Assembly (NCBI RefSeq): GCF_009914755.1
Contig: NC_060939.1
DNA length: 64,000 nt
From: the human T2T-CHM13v2.0 reference genome, Homo sapiens
Direction: 5' to 3' (one strand)
How positions within the stretch are numbered: the stretch's first letter is position 1; each line of letters starts with the position of its first letter. The position numbers and the translations under genes were made by a program. Shown piece by piece: positions 16,188 to 30,950 of this stretch. Below the pieces are notes generated by a model. That model saw only the letters and a program-made list of their open reading frames with translations. It was not told where the DNA came from and ran no database searches.

Positions 16188-16795
16188 AAGGCGGTCTTAC
16201 TCTCTCACCCAGACAGGAATACAATATCATGGTTATAACTCAATGCAGCCTCAAATTCCTGGGAACTCAAGGAATAATCTTACATCAGCCTCCGACTTCC
16301 TGAGACTACAGGAACATTCCACCATTCATGATTAATCTGTAAAAATATTTTTTACATATAGCTTCTCACAATATTGCCCAGGGTGGTCTCAAACTCCTAG
16401 CCTTAAGTAATTGATATGGTTTGGCTCTCTGTCCCCAACCAAATCTCATCTTGAATTGTAATAATCCCCATATGTCCTGGGAGGGACCATGTGGGAGGTA
16501 ATTGAATCATGGGGGTGGGATTTTCCCGTGCTGTTCTCATGATAGCAAAAAAGTCTCATGTGATCTGATGGTTTTATAAGTGGAGATTCCTCTGAACAAA
16601 GTCTCTTGCTTGCTCCAATAATTGTGAGACCTCCCCAGCCATGTGAAACTGTGAGGCCATTAACCTTTTTCATTATGAATTATCCAGTCTTGGTTATGTC
16701 TTTATTAGCTGCATGAGAATTTATTAATACAGTAATCCCCTTGCCTTAGCTTTCAAAGTAGCTGGAATTAGACACACATATCATTGTGCCTGGCT
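16188..16795 (-). mobile_element. Diverged AluJ interrupted by a THE1 LTR
   Basis: Alu sequence ggtctcaaactcctagccttaagtaat resumes as gtaatccccttgccttagctttcaaagtagctgg after the LTR. Confidence 0.75.
16412..16731 (+). mobile_element. THE1 (B/C) solo LTR
   Basis: tgatatggtttggctc...taataca termini; perfect TSD GTAAT at 16407-16411 and 16732-16736. Confidence 0.9.
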
Positions 16796-16799
16796 AAAA

Positions 16800-19700
16800 C
16801 ACCTAGCTTAAAGATGCTCATTCAGCTAAAGAAGAACATAGAAAGCTAAACAGAAAAAGAAAACAATTCATGAAGATAATGAGATTATCAACGAAGTGAT
16901 TAAAAGTACAAAATAGAAACATAAAGTGTGGAGCTGAAAAATAAAATACCTGAATTTAGAGATTCACTAGAAGGTCCAACAACTGGTTTGATCTAGCAGG
17001 AAAAAATCCAGCAAGCTTCATAAGAAGTCTTTTGAAATTATATGGTGAGGAGGGTAAAAATAATTTTAAAAATTAAGAAAGCCTAAGGGACTTATGGGAT
17101 ACCATTAAGATGGCCAATATACTTCTAATGGGAATTCTAAAATAAAAAGAGAGAAAAGAGAGCAGCAAAGTTATTTCAAGAAACAAACAGTGGCTGAGAA
17201 CTCTCAAAATTTGAGGGAGAAAATGGCCTAAAATTTAATGAAACTTTACCAACTAGTAGCAACACAGGGAGACCCATGACAAGACACATTTTAATCAGAG
17301 ATTCAAAAGTTAAAACACCGAGAATCTTGAAGTCAGCAAGAAAAAATGACTTAGCATGTACAATGTTACCCCTATAGGATGACCAGCAGATGTCTCAGCC
17401 AATAGCATGCAGGCAAGAGGTTGTAGGATGACATACTCAAAGTGCTGAAAAAAATGGCAAGTACCAACCAAGAACACTATGTCTGCCAAAGCTATCATTT
17501 CAAATGAATTAAAAAATAAAAATAAAGTATATTCAAGATCAACGAAAACTGTATTAATTTATACACAGTAGGCCTGTATAAAAAAATGCTAGTCATTGAC
17601 ATTAAAAAATAAAATAATGATGAGAGCAACATAGAATTATGTAAAATATAAAGTTTTCTAACAGATAATTATGTACACAATTATAATATTCTTTGTTATT
17701 ATAATGAAGATGCACAGAATACTTTTAATTCTGCTATGTAGTTGAGATAACAAAGACTTAAAAATGACTATATAACTGTGCCAATAGATTCACAATACAA
17801 AATGATGTAATTCGCGACATCAATAAAACACATAGGCAGCCATAAAGAGGCAGGGTTTTATATGCTATAGTAGTTATTTTTGGTAATATCTATAGTAACA
17901 ACAAAGAAAATACCTATAGTACTTAGGATTTTGAGACTAGTCTGGTCAACATGGCAAAACCCTGTCTCTATGAAAAATAACAAAAATTAGCCAGGAGTAC
18001 TGGTGCACATCTGTGGTCCCAGGTACTCAGAAGGCTGTGGTGGGAGGATTGTTTGAGTTGAGCCTGAGAGGCAGAGCTTGCAATAAGCAGAGATTGTGCC
18101 ACTGCCCTCCAGCCTGGGCGACAGAGCAAGACCCTGTCAAAAAAAAAAAAAAAAAAAGGAAATACCTATAGTACACACACACAAAGACATACACACAGAG
18201 AGAGTAGTGAGAAAAGAAGTAAAACATGTCACTATAAAAATCAATAATACGCTAAGAAAGAGAACAAGAGAGAAAAACAGGAAATAATAGCTACAGGACC
18301 GGCCAGGAGCGGTGGCTCACGCCTGTAATCCTAGCAATTTGGGAGGCCGAGGTGGGTGGATCAACGAGGTCAGGAGATTGAGACCATCCTGGCTAACACA
18401 GTGAAACCCTGTCTCTACTAAAAAAAAAAAACAAATAAAAATAAAAATAGCCGGGCATGGTGGCGGGTGCCTGAATTCCCAGCTGCTGGGGAATCTGAGG
18501 CAGAAGAATGGCGTGAATCCGGGAGGCGGAGCTTGCAGGGAGCCAAGATTGCACCACTGCACTCCAGCCTGGGCAACAGAGCAAAACTCCGTCTCAAAAG
18601 AAAAAGCTACAGGACCTAAAACAAAAAAGAAACAAAATTCAATAGAAAGTCATAGGAAATCATTCCCTTTTAGTAATGATTTTTTATATATATAAATTAT
18701 GTCAATCAAAAACATACTTTCACTAAATAAATTCATGAAACAAGATTCAACTCTCTGCTTCCTACAAATGACCACATTATGATCTGGAACACGCATAAGC
18801 CATACATGAAAGAATAAAAAAAATTAAATGCAAAATCAAATACTGTCATGGTAGACAAAATATATATTATATCAAAAACTTCCTCAAGAGAGAAGAAGAA
18901 AAGGACAATAAAAACAACAACAATAAAAGCAACAAAAAACAACATACATCAATAAAAGCAACAACAATAAAACAACATGCAACAATAAAAGCAACAGTAA
19001 TGTATGTGCCTTACATCACAGTTCCCAAAATATGAAGCAGCATTTTACAGAATTGAAACATGAAGTAGCCAGCACATAACAGTAGATGACTTTTTTATCA
19101 GACTTTTAGTAATGTAAATTAAAAAAACAAACATAAGATGAATAAGTAAACAGAGGATTTCAACAACACAATAGAACAATTAGACCTAACAGTCACATTT
19201 ATATCTCTCCACTCAACAGTAGAATATGCAATACTTTTAATCACACATGCCACAATATTCCAGATAGACCACCTGTTAAGTTAAAAAACACATCTTAGCA
19301 AATTTCAGCAGATGGAATTACACAAATTATTCCTAACTATGATACAATAAAACAAGAAGTTAAAAACACTAGCATGTCAAAGAATAAATAAAAATTAAAC
19401 AACAAATTCTCAAACACACTCTTGTTCAAGAGGTTATAGACTTAATATTGTTAAAATGTCACTACTACCAAAAGTGGTCTACGGATTCAATGTTCTTTCT
19501 TTTCTTTTCTTTCTTTTTATTTTGAGACGGAGTTTTGCTCTTGTTGCCCAAGGTGGAGTGCAATGTTGTGATCTCAGTTCACTGCAGCCTCCACCTCCTG
19601 GGTTCAAGCTGTTCTCCTGCCTCAGCCTCCTGAGTAGCTGGGAATACAGGCATGTGCCACCACACCTGGCTAATTTTGTATTTTTAGTAGAGATGGGGTT

Positions 19701-20200
19701 TCTCCATGGCTGGTCTGGAACTCCTGACCTCAGGTGATCCACCTTCCTCAGCCTCCCAAAGTGCTGGGATTACAGGCATGAGCCACAACCCTCAGCTGAT
19801 TCAATATACTTTCTATCAAAATAACAATGAAACTTTTTGCAGAAGTTTTAAAATATTCTACAATTTTTATGGAATTTCAAGTGATCACAAACAGCCAAAC
19901 AATATTGGGAAAAAAATATAAAGACAGAGGCATCATACTTTCTATTTTCTAAACATACTACGAACATATAGTAATCAAAACAGTTTGGTACTGACATAAA
20001 GACAAATGAATGATGAAACAGATGAGAGAGTCCAGACATAAGTCCTCATGGGTATAGTAAACTTATTTTTAAAATGTGTTCCAAGAATCACAAAAAGGAA
20101 AGAACAGTCTCTTCAACAAACAGTATTGGGAATAATAAAAATTTACAAGGAAAAAATAACAAAGTTAGACCTTAACTTGCAACAGATAAAAACATAAACT
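16800..20200 (+). mobile_element. Degraded L1M ORF1/ORF2 fragments with Alu insertions (17925-18157 +, 18301-18605 +, 19495-19797 -)
   Basis: aagcctaagggacttatgggataccattaag (ORF1-like); the AluY at 18301 has TSD agctacaggacc. Confidence 0.75.
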
Positions 20201-20203
20201 CAA

Positions 20204-20490
20204 GGCTGGGTGTGGTGGCTCACACCTGTAATCCCAGCACTTTGGGTGACTGAGACAAGTGAATCACAAGGTCAGGATATCAAGACCATCCTGGCCAACA
20301 TGGGGAAACAACATCTCTACAAAAATACAAACAAAAATTAGTTGGCGGTGGTGGCACACGCCTGCTGTTCCAGACACTCAGGCGGCTGATGCAGGAGAAT
20401 CTCTGGAATCCAGGAGGCAAGAGTTTCAGTGAGCTGAGATCATGTCACTGTGCTCCAGCCTGGTGACAGAGAAAGACTCCACCACAAATA
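20204..20490 (+). mobile_element. AluS
   Basis: Full dimer; TSD ataaactcaa. Confidence 0.9.
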
Positions 20491-20514
20491 AAGAAATAAA
20501 CTCAAAATAACTAA

Positions 20515-23500
20515 TTTTTGGTAGCTATTAAAATGGAATTTAAAATTTTATTTTTCAGATAGTTCACTATCATCATACAGAAAGCTACTACTGTGTTAAT
20601 TTTCTGCAATGTTACAGAATTTGTTTAGTAGTTCTAATAGTTTTTGGTGTAGTGTTTAGAGTTTTTCACATATAAGATTATTTTGTCCACAATCAGAGAC
20701 CATTTGACTTCATCCTTTCCAATTAGTATGACTTTTATTTCTTCCTCTTGCCTAATTTCCTTGGCTAGGACTTCCAGTACTATGTTGAATAAGAGGGCTG
20801 AAAGTTTGGACGATTTGTCTTGTTCCAGATCTCAGAGAGAAAGCTTTCAACTTTTCCTTATTCAGTATAATGTTAGCATTGCTTTTTCATAAATGGCCTT
20901 TATTGAGTTAAGGCACATACCTTCTATTCCTAACTTGTTGAGAGTTTTCATCATAATCAAGGCTGAATTTCATCCAATTCTTCTTCTGCATATGCAAAAG
21001 CTACAAAAATTAAAATACTTAATGTGATGGTTAATACTGGCAGTCAAATTGATTGGATTGGAGGATAGAAAGCATTGATCCTGGGTGTGTCTGTGAGGGT
21101 GTTGCCAAAGGAGATTAACATTTGAGTCAGTGGGCTGGGAAAGGGAGATCCACTCTTAATTGGGTGAGCACCATCTAATGAGCTGACAGTGAATATAAAG
21201 CAGGCAGAAAAACGTGAAAAAGAGAGACTGGCCTAAGCTCCCAGACTACATCTTTCTCCTGTGCTGGACACTTGCAGCCCTCAAACATCAGACTCCAAGT
21301 TCTTCAGCTTTGGGACATGGACCGCCTCTCCTTGCTCCTCAAACTTGCAGACAACCTATTGTGGGATCTCATGATCTCTCTAGGGAAGCCCAACTAATAT
21401 ACCTAGCAACAAACTTAACTAAAAAGGTAAAAGATCTCTACTCTGAAAACGACAAAACATGGATAAAAAATATAAAATACAAATGAATAAATAAAAAATA
21501 TTTTGTTTATACACTGGAAGAATACTGTTGATATAGCTACCCAAAGTGATCTACAGACTTAATGTGATTTTTATCAAAATACCAATGACATTTTTTCACA
21601 GAAATAAAAAAATTTAAATTTATATGGATCCACAAAAAACTCTGAATAGACAAAGCAACTTTGAGCAAAATAAGCAAAGCTAAAGGCATCACTTCATCAA
21701 ACTTCAAAACTTGCTATAAAGCTACAGTAACCAAAACAGCACTGTACTGGCATAAAAACAAACACATAGACTAATGTGCCCAATAAGCCCAGAAGTTAAT
21801 TTATGCACCTAAAGCCAACTGATTGTCAACAAAATTACCAAGAACGCACTTTAGAGAAAAGCTAATCTCTTTAATAAATGGTGCAGGGCCATTTAAATAT
21901 TTATATGCGGAAAAATAATACTAGACCCTTGTACCTTGCCATATATGATAATCAACTAAAACTAAAGACTTAAATGTAATGCCATCAATTATGAAACTAT
22001 TAGAGAAAAACATTAAAAAATGCTTTATAACATTGGACGGTGAAAGGATTATTAAAATAAGATTTCAAAACACGGGCAGCAAAATCGAGAATAAACAAAC
22101 AACATTATGTCAAACTAAAATGCTTTTTCATATTAAAAAAGCAACTAAAAGTTTGAAGAGACAGCTTAGGCGATGACAGAAAATGTTTTCATATACATGT
22201 GACAAAAGGCTAATATTCAGAATATATAAGAAACTTTAAAATCTCAAAATAAAATACACTTATAATCTAATTTAAAAAATGCAAAAGATCTTAATAGATG
22301 TTTGTCAAAAAGAGATACAAAAAATGGCTAACTGGAACACAAAAAGATGCTCTACATTACTAATCACCAAGGAAATGCACATCCAAACCGTAATGAAGTA
22401 CCACCTCATTCCCATTGGAATGGCTATAATAAAAATAAATAAATAAATAAATCAAGAACTAATGAGGATATAAAAAAGAGTGGATGTATACCTTGTTGGT
22501 GGAATTGTAAATTAGTATGGCCATTATAGAAAATAGTATGGAGGTTTCTGAAAGAAATTAAAAATATATCTATTATATGATCCAGCAATTTTACTTCTGG
22601 GTGTATATCCAAAAGAAAGGATATTACTGTGTCAAAAAGATATTTGCATTCCCATGTTCATTACAGAACTATTTATAATAGCTTATATATGGAATCAATT
22701 CAAATGTACAGCAACAGATAAATGGATAAGGAAAATGTACTATATATACACAGCGAAATACTATTCAGCCATAAGAAAGGATAAAATTCTGTCAGTTAAA
22801 AGAGCACGGATGAACCTTGAGCATACCATGTTAAGTAAAATAACCCACATAGAGAAACACAAATACTTTATGATCTTATTATCTCACTCATTTGAGGAAC
22901 CTGAAAAAAAGGGTTGATAGAAGCAAAGAGTACAACAGGGGTTACCAGAGACTGAAGCAGGAGGATGGGAAAAGGCTGCTTCACAGGTATTGTGTTATGA
23001 TTAGATAGGGGAAATAAGTTTTTGTTTTTTATTACACAGTAGAATAATAATAATTAATGAAAAGTTATCTCATATTACAAAATAGCTAAAAGAGACCAGT
23101 TGTGGTGGCATATTCTTGCAATCCATACATTTTGGGAGATTGAGGTAGGAGAATCACTTGACGTCAGAAGTTCAAGATGAGCCTGGACAACATAGTGTGA
23201 CCCCGTCTGTATGAAAAATTAAAACATTAGCCAGGCATGGTGGCAGCTTCCTGTAGTCTCAGCTAATTGGGAAACTAAGGTTAGAAGACTGTTTGAAGTT
23301 ACAGTGAGCTAAGATTGCACCACTGCACACCAGTCTGGGTGTTAGAGCAAGATCCTGTCTCTAAAAAAATTTAATACGTAAAGATAAAATAAAATAGCTA
23401 GAGAAGAAGCTTTTGAATATTCTCACCACAAAAATAACAAATGCATGAGGCAACAAGTATAGAAGTACTCTGATTTTTATTGTTATACAACATATATATA

Positions 23501-23555
23501 TAATTGTTTCCCCAAAATATGCACAATTACATGTGTCAATTTTAAAAAATGAATG
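20515..23555 (+). mobile_element. L1MA-type element with an inverted 5' segment (20515-20995, -), interrupted by MLT2A1 and an AluJ (about 23094-23380)
   Basis: Reverse-strand L1 reverse-transcriptase sequence abuts forward L1 3' sequence, which ends tgtgtcaattttaaaaaa. Confidence 0.8.
21023..21401 (+). mobile_element. MLT2A1-type (HERV-L) solo LTR with an internal 3' deletion
   Basis: tgtgatggttaatact...ttgattggattg...gatcctgggtgtgtctgtgagggtgttgccaaaggagattaacatttgagtcagtgggctggg...ctaatata. Confidence 0.9.
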
Positions 23556-24034
23556 AAGACTATAATGTAAAACCTATAGCTGTAAAATTCCTAGCACAAT
23601 ACAGAAGGGTGAAGCTTCATGACAACTGGTCGTGGCAATAATTTGGGGGACGTAACATCAACGGATGAGACAACAAAAGCAAGGGAATACACATGGTACT
23701 GAATCAGTGTATGAAAAATATCCCAAACAGACAAAGCAGAACATGGAATAGATATATGCACATTGTAGTATTACTCACAAACATGTTACCTGGAAGCAAA
23801 TGTACCCTTAAGGATGAGTAGATTCAGCAAACAGGGCACGTACAATCACTGGGATAGCATTCAGCCTTAAAAATAAGGAAATCTTGAAAAGTACTACAAT
23901 AAGGACAAATATTCAAAACATTCTGTTAAGTAAAATAAGACAGTCAAAAAGGAAAGCTGTATAATTACACTCATGTAAAATATTTAGTCAAACTCAAAGA
24001 AACCAAGTGTCATAGTCTCAGCAGTGCACCAAGA

Positions 24035-25206
<1,172 letters not shown>

Positions 25207-25499
25207 CAAGTAATGAGTATTCACTTTTACTTTTGTAAGACAAAAATTATCTAAAAGCTACTGCAAAACAATAGAACTATACTAACCACTTCTAAACCAT
25301 ATACTTAAAATTTCAGAAATGACAATGGCATGTTTTTAACTACAATTAGAAATTTAAGACTAACTAAAAGGCACAGTTAGAAAACCTTTCAAACATCACC
25401 TTCAAATAACAAAGGGTTATTCTCACACAATTATATGGATTTAAACTATATGTTGATTGTAAATTTAAGATTATTTCCCTGATGACTCACCAAGATAGA

Positions 25500-28400
25500 A
25501 TAAAGTAATCACAGGAAACCAAGAAAAGAGGGAAATTTATAGCACTAATGTCCACATCAAAAAGCTAGAAAGGGCTGGGCGTGGTGGCTCATGCCTGTAA
25601 TTCCAGCACTTTGGGAGGCTGGGGTAGGCAAATCACTTAAGGCCAGATGTTCAAGACCAGCCTGGAACACACAGCAAAACCCCACCTCTACAAAAAAAAA
25701 TTCAAAAATTAGCTGGTTTTTGTGATGCACATCTGTAATCCCAGCTACTCAGGAAGCTGAGACAGAAGAAATCACTTAAAACTGAGAAGTGGAGGTTGCA
25801 GTGAGCAGAGATCATGCCACTGTACTCCAGCCTGGGTGACACAGTGAGACTCTGCCACAAGAAAAAAAAGAGAAACTAGAAAGATCTAAAGTTAACAGCC
25901 TAACATCTTGATTAAAAGAACTAGAAAACCAAGTGAAAACTAACCAGAAAGGTAGCAAAAAACAAGAAATAACCAAGATCAAAGTAGAGCTGAAGGAGAT
26001 AGAGACACTGAAAACTCTTCCAAAAAAAAAAAGTCAAAAATCCAGGAGCTGTTTTATGAAAAAAATTAATAAACTAAATGGAACACTAGCTAGGCAAATA
26101 AATAAGAAAAGAAAGGAGAACCAAACACAATTAGAAATAATAAGGGAGATATCATCACTGATCCCATGGAAATAAGAACAACCATCAGAGAACACTATAA
26201 ACATCTGTATGCACATAAACCAGAAAATCTAGAAGAAATAGACAATTTCCTTGCAAAATAAACCCTACACAAGATTGAACCCTGAATAGATCAATAATGT
26301 GTTCTGAAATTGAGGCAGTAATAACTAGCCTACCAAGCAAGCTGAATTTGACCAGAGGTACAAAGAGGAGATGGTACCTTTTCTCTTAAAACCATCCAAA
26401 AAAAATTGAAGACAAAGAAGTTCTCTCTAACTCATTCTATCAGGCCAGCATCATCCAGATACCAAAACCTAACATAGATACTACAACAACAGCAACAACA
26501 ACAACACATCATGCCAATGTCTTTGGTAAACACTGTGCAAAAATCCTCAATAAAATACTGGCAAACCAAATCCAGCAGCACATTAAAAAGTTCATCCGCA
26601 ACAATGGAGTTGGCTTTGTCCCCAGGATGCAAGGTTGATTCAACATATGCAAATCAATAAATGTGACTCATCACATAAAGAGAACTAAATAAAAAGCCAC
26701 ATGATTATCTCAATAAATGCAGAAAAAGCATCCAATAAAATTCAGCATTCCTTCAGGTTTAAAATTCTCAATAACCTAGGAAGTGAAGAAACTTACCTGA
26801 AAATAATAAGAGCCATATACAACAAACCCACAGCCAATATCATACTGAATGTGCAAAAGCTGGAAACGTTCCACCTGAAAACTGGCACAAGAAAAGAATG
26901 CCCTCTCTCACCACTACCATTCAATATAGTATCAGAAGCCTTGGCCAGGAAAATCAGGCCAGAGGAAGAAATAAAGAGTATTCTAATAGAAAGAGAGGAA
27001 GTCAAATTATCTTTGTTTGCAGATGACCTGATCCTACATCTAGAAAACCTCATTGTCTCAGGCCCAAAGCTTCTTAAGGTGATAAGCAACAGTAGCAAAA
27101 TCTCAGGATATAAAATCAATGTGCAAAAGTAGCTAGCATTCCCATACACAAACAACAGGCAAGCAGGGAGACAAATCATGAATGAACTTTCATTCACATT
27201 TGCTACAAAGAGAAAAAAATACCTAGGAATACAGCTAAGAAAGAAAGTGAAGGACCTCTTCAAGGAGAACCACAAACAACTGCTCAGAGAAATCAGAGTG
27301 GACACAAAACAGATGGAGAAATATTCCATGCTCATGGAGAGGAAGAATCAGTATCATGAATATGGGCATATTGCCCTAAGTAATTCATAGATTCAATGCT
27401 ATTCCCATTGAACTACTGACATTCTTCAGAGAATTAGAAAAATAAAAACTTTTAAAGTTCATATGGAACCAAAAAAGAGCCCAAATAGCCAAGCCAACCT
27501 TAAGAAAAAAAAAAAAAGCTGGAAGCGTCACTCTACCTAACTTCAAACTATACTAGAAGAGTACAGTAACAAAAACAGCATGGTACTGGTATAGAAACAG
27601 ACACATAGACAAATGAAACAAAGTAGAGAACCTAGAAATAAAGCCAAAAACCTACAACAACCTGATCTTTGACAAAGTTAACAAAAACAAAGAATTAGGG
27701 AAAGGTCTCCCTATTCAAAAAACGGTGCTAGGAGAACTGGCTAGCCATATGCAGAGAATTTAAACTGGAACCCTTCTTAACACCATGTACAAAAATTAAC
27801 TCAAGATGGATGAAAGACTTAAATGTATAACCCAAAACTATAAAACCCTTAGAAGAAAAAATCTAGATAATACCATTCAGGATATAGGCATGAGAAAAGA
27901 CTTTATGACAGAAAGGCAAAAAGCTATAGCAACAAAAGCAAAAATTGACTAATAGGGTCTAATTAAACTAAAGAGCTTCTGCGGAGCCAAAGAAACTATC
28001 ATCAGAGCAGACAACCTAGAGAATGGGAGAAAAATTATGCAACCTATCCATCTCACAAATGTCTAATATCCAGAATCTAGGAGGAATTTAACAAAATTTA
28101 CAAGAGAAAAAAAAAGGCCCCATTAAAAAAGGGTCAAAGAACATGAACAGACGTATCTCAAAAGAGGACATACATGTGCCCAACAAACATGAAAAGCTCA
28201 ACATCACTGATAACTGGATAAATACAAATCAAAACCATAATGACATACCATCTCACACAAATTATAATGGCTATTAATAAAAAGTAAAAAAAAAAAAAAC
28301 AGGTGCTGGCGAGGTTGTGGAGAAAAGGGAACACTTTTACACTGTTGGTGGGAGTGTAAATTATTTCAAGCATTGAGGAAGAGAGTGTGGAGATTCCTCA

Positions 28401-29024
28401 AAGACCTAGAAGCAGAACTACCATTTGACCCAGCAATACCATTACACCCAAAGGAAAATAAATAATTCTATTTTAAAAATACATGTATACAAATGTTCAT
28501 TGCAGCACTATTTACAATAGCAACATCATGTAATCAATCTACATGCCCATCAATGATACACTGGATAAAGGAAATGTGGTACACATACACCATGGAACAC
28601 TATGAAGCCATAAAATGTAATGAGATGATGTCCTTTGCAGGGACATGGTTGGAATTTGAAGCCATTACTCCCAGCAAACTAATGCAGGAACAGAAAACCA
28701 AACACCACCTATTATTATTCTAACTTATTAGCAGAAGCAGATCAATGAGAACATATGGACACATCAGGAAGAACAACACACACTGGACACCTGTTTCATG
28801 GCATGGGGGAGGGGAAGGAGAGCATCAGGAAGAATAGCTGCGGATGCTGGGCTTGGTACCTGGGTGATGAGATGATCTGTGCAGTAAACCACAGTGGTAC
28901 GCATTTATGTATGTAAGAGACCGGCATACTCTGCACATGGACCCCTAAACTTAAAATAAAAGTTGAAAAATAAACTTTATCACATATGGACCCCTGAACT
29001 TAAAATAAAACTTGAAAAAAAAAA
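25500..29024 (+). mobile_element. 5'-truncated L1PA (about PA12/13) with an Alu at about 25572-25872; ORF2 disrupted
   Basis: ORF2 peptides [16 protein letters not shown]...[14 protein letters not shown]; complete 3'UTR and A-tail. Confidence 0.92.
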
Positions 29025-29036
29025 TGTGTTTCTGGT

Positions 29037-30950
29037 GGATTCTCTATGTTAGACCCAAACTGAGGATCTTGAAGCTCTCGCTGGGGGAATCGGGGATGGG
29101 GGCACACTGGGGAGCCACTGCCAAGGCCAACCACCCTCCCTACAAGCCACCTCCCTTCCCGGCCAGTATGGAAAGAAGAAGGGGTATGTGAACAGCTGTG
29201 GAGGTCAGAATCTCGGGAACTGAATCAGGCCCCAGCCGATGCCCCCCAGCCCAGTCCAGCCAGCGTGCTTGCCAGTCTTCCCACCCAGCCAGCCCAGCCC
29301 TCAGGATTGTTAGATGGAACAAGGCTCCATCATCACCCAGGCATGGAGGGAAGATGCCCTGGTCCTTACCAAGCAAGGCCTGGTTTCCAAAGTCCTCTCC
29401 GAAGAGGCCTCATGTTTGCCACATCTTAAAAGTCCCCTTTCTGCTGTTCTTGCACCCAGCATGTTGGACAGTTAAGTTCCCCCGCTGAGCAATCCACACA
29501 TAAGGAGGGAGTCAACACCATTGCTATGTCGGATCAGCTCCAGCGTCTCCAATATCAGTTTTATCAGATCCCAGGAACCTGCCTGCTCCCAGAGGTGACA
29601 GAGAAAAATCAAGGAAGGATCTGTATGGCCACTGACCTGGATGAAACCCTTGTGCATAGCTCCTTTAAGCCAATCAGCAATGCTGACTGCCTAGTGCCTG
29701 TAGAGCTTGAGGGGACCATGCACCAGATCCATGTGCTCATGAGGCCTTATATGGATGAGTTCCTGACATGAATGGAGGAAATGTTTAAATGTGTTTCGTC
29801 ATTGCTCTCTTCTTCCCAGCCTGAACAAGTAGGCAGATCCTGTGAAGGGTGAGCTGGACGGGTATGGGATGGTCTGGAGCTGCCTGTCCCATGAGTCATG
29901 TTTGTTTCACCAGGGCTGCTATGTCAAGGACATCAGCCATCTGGGGAGGGACCTGAGGAAAACTCATCCTGGACAACTCGCCTGCTTCTTACATCTTCCA
30001 CACAGAGAATGCAGTGCCTGTGCAGTCCTGGTTTGATAACATTCCAGACAGCAGCTGCTGCACCTGATATCATTCTTTGAGGAGATGAGTGGAGGAGCAG
30101 AGGGTGTCTACACTAGCCTTGGGCAGCAGTGGGCCCTTAACCTTCCCTGCTTCCCAGCAATGGCCATCACAGTAGGGGATTTTCCCACACTGTGCCTCTA
30201 TGATCAGCCTGAAAGAGTGAAGGCTGGAACACCTACCCACATGGGCCTGAAAAGAGTGAGAAGTGATTGAAAAGAGCTTTAGGACAGCTTAGATTCCCAG
30301 TGGGTGAATGCCAGACCAAGGATACCCAGAGCTACCTGCCATCAAGTTGTTGGGTTCCCAAGATGTGGGTGTGAGAGAAAGAAAGAGAGCATGTGTGTTT
30401 TGTGATGAACTGTGGCCCCAAGTATATAGTGTTTCAGTAGGGGAGAAGCTGAAGGACAAAGACTCTTCCCAAGCTAGCTTGTCTCCTCTCCTGTCACCCT
30501 ATGAGCCCCTGAGATCCATAGGGATGAAGAGTATTGAAGGCTCCATTGCAAACCTGGTCTTTCTACAGTGCTACAAGGCCTATGCCAAAGAGAAAGGAAA
30601 GGTACTTCTTTGGGTGTTCCAGGTACACATCTTTCTGAAATATTTCTCCAGCCAGTTGTTGCAGACAAAAGACGACATTTCTGGGAAGATGGGGACTTAT
30701 GTTCAGACGAGTACCCAAACTATCAGGTCTTCTGGTCCAAAGGCTATTTTTACTTACCTCTAGCCAAGTGCCTGGGATGGATCCTTCCTGCATCTCCCCA
30801 AGGCTCACCACTTAGCCATAGCCTCAAACCCGTGGGGAAGGAAGGTCTACCCGCCCTGCAAGAGGACAAATAACTGATTTTTGTTCATTTGACTCTGTTT
30901 TAAAATTCTCTTTAAAAAAAAAAAACAAAAAAAAGAAAAAGAAAGCGTAT
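29037..30950 (+). pseudogene. CTDSP2: Processed pseudogene of CTDSP2 (small CTD phosphatase 2): 5'UTR, disrupted CDS about 29314-30140, part of the 3'UTR, A-tract
   Basis: ATG at 29314 reads MEQGSIITQAWREDALVLTKQGLVSK. Then [77 protein letters not shown] and GAEGVYTSLGQ. Intronless, with frameshifts and a stop at 29769-29771. Confidence 0.95.
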
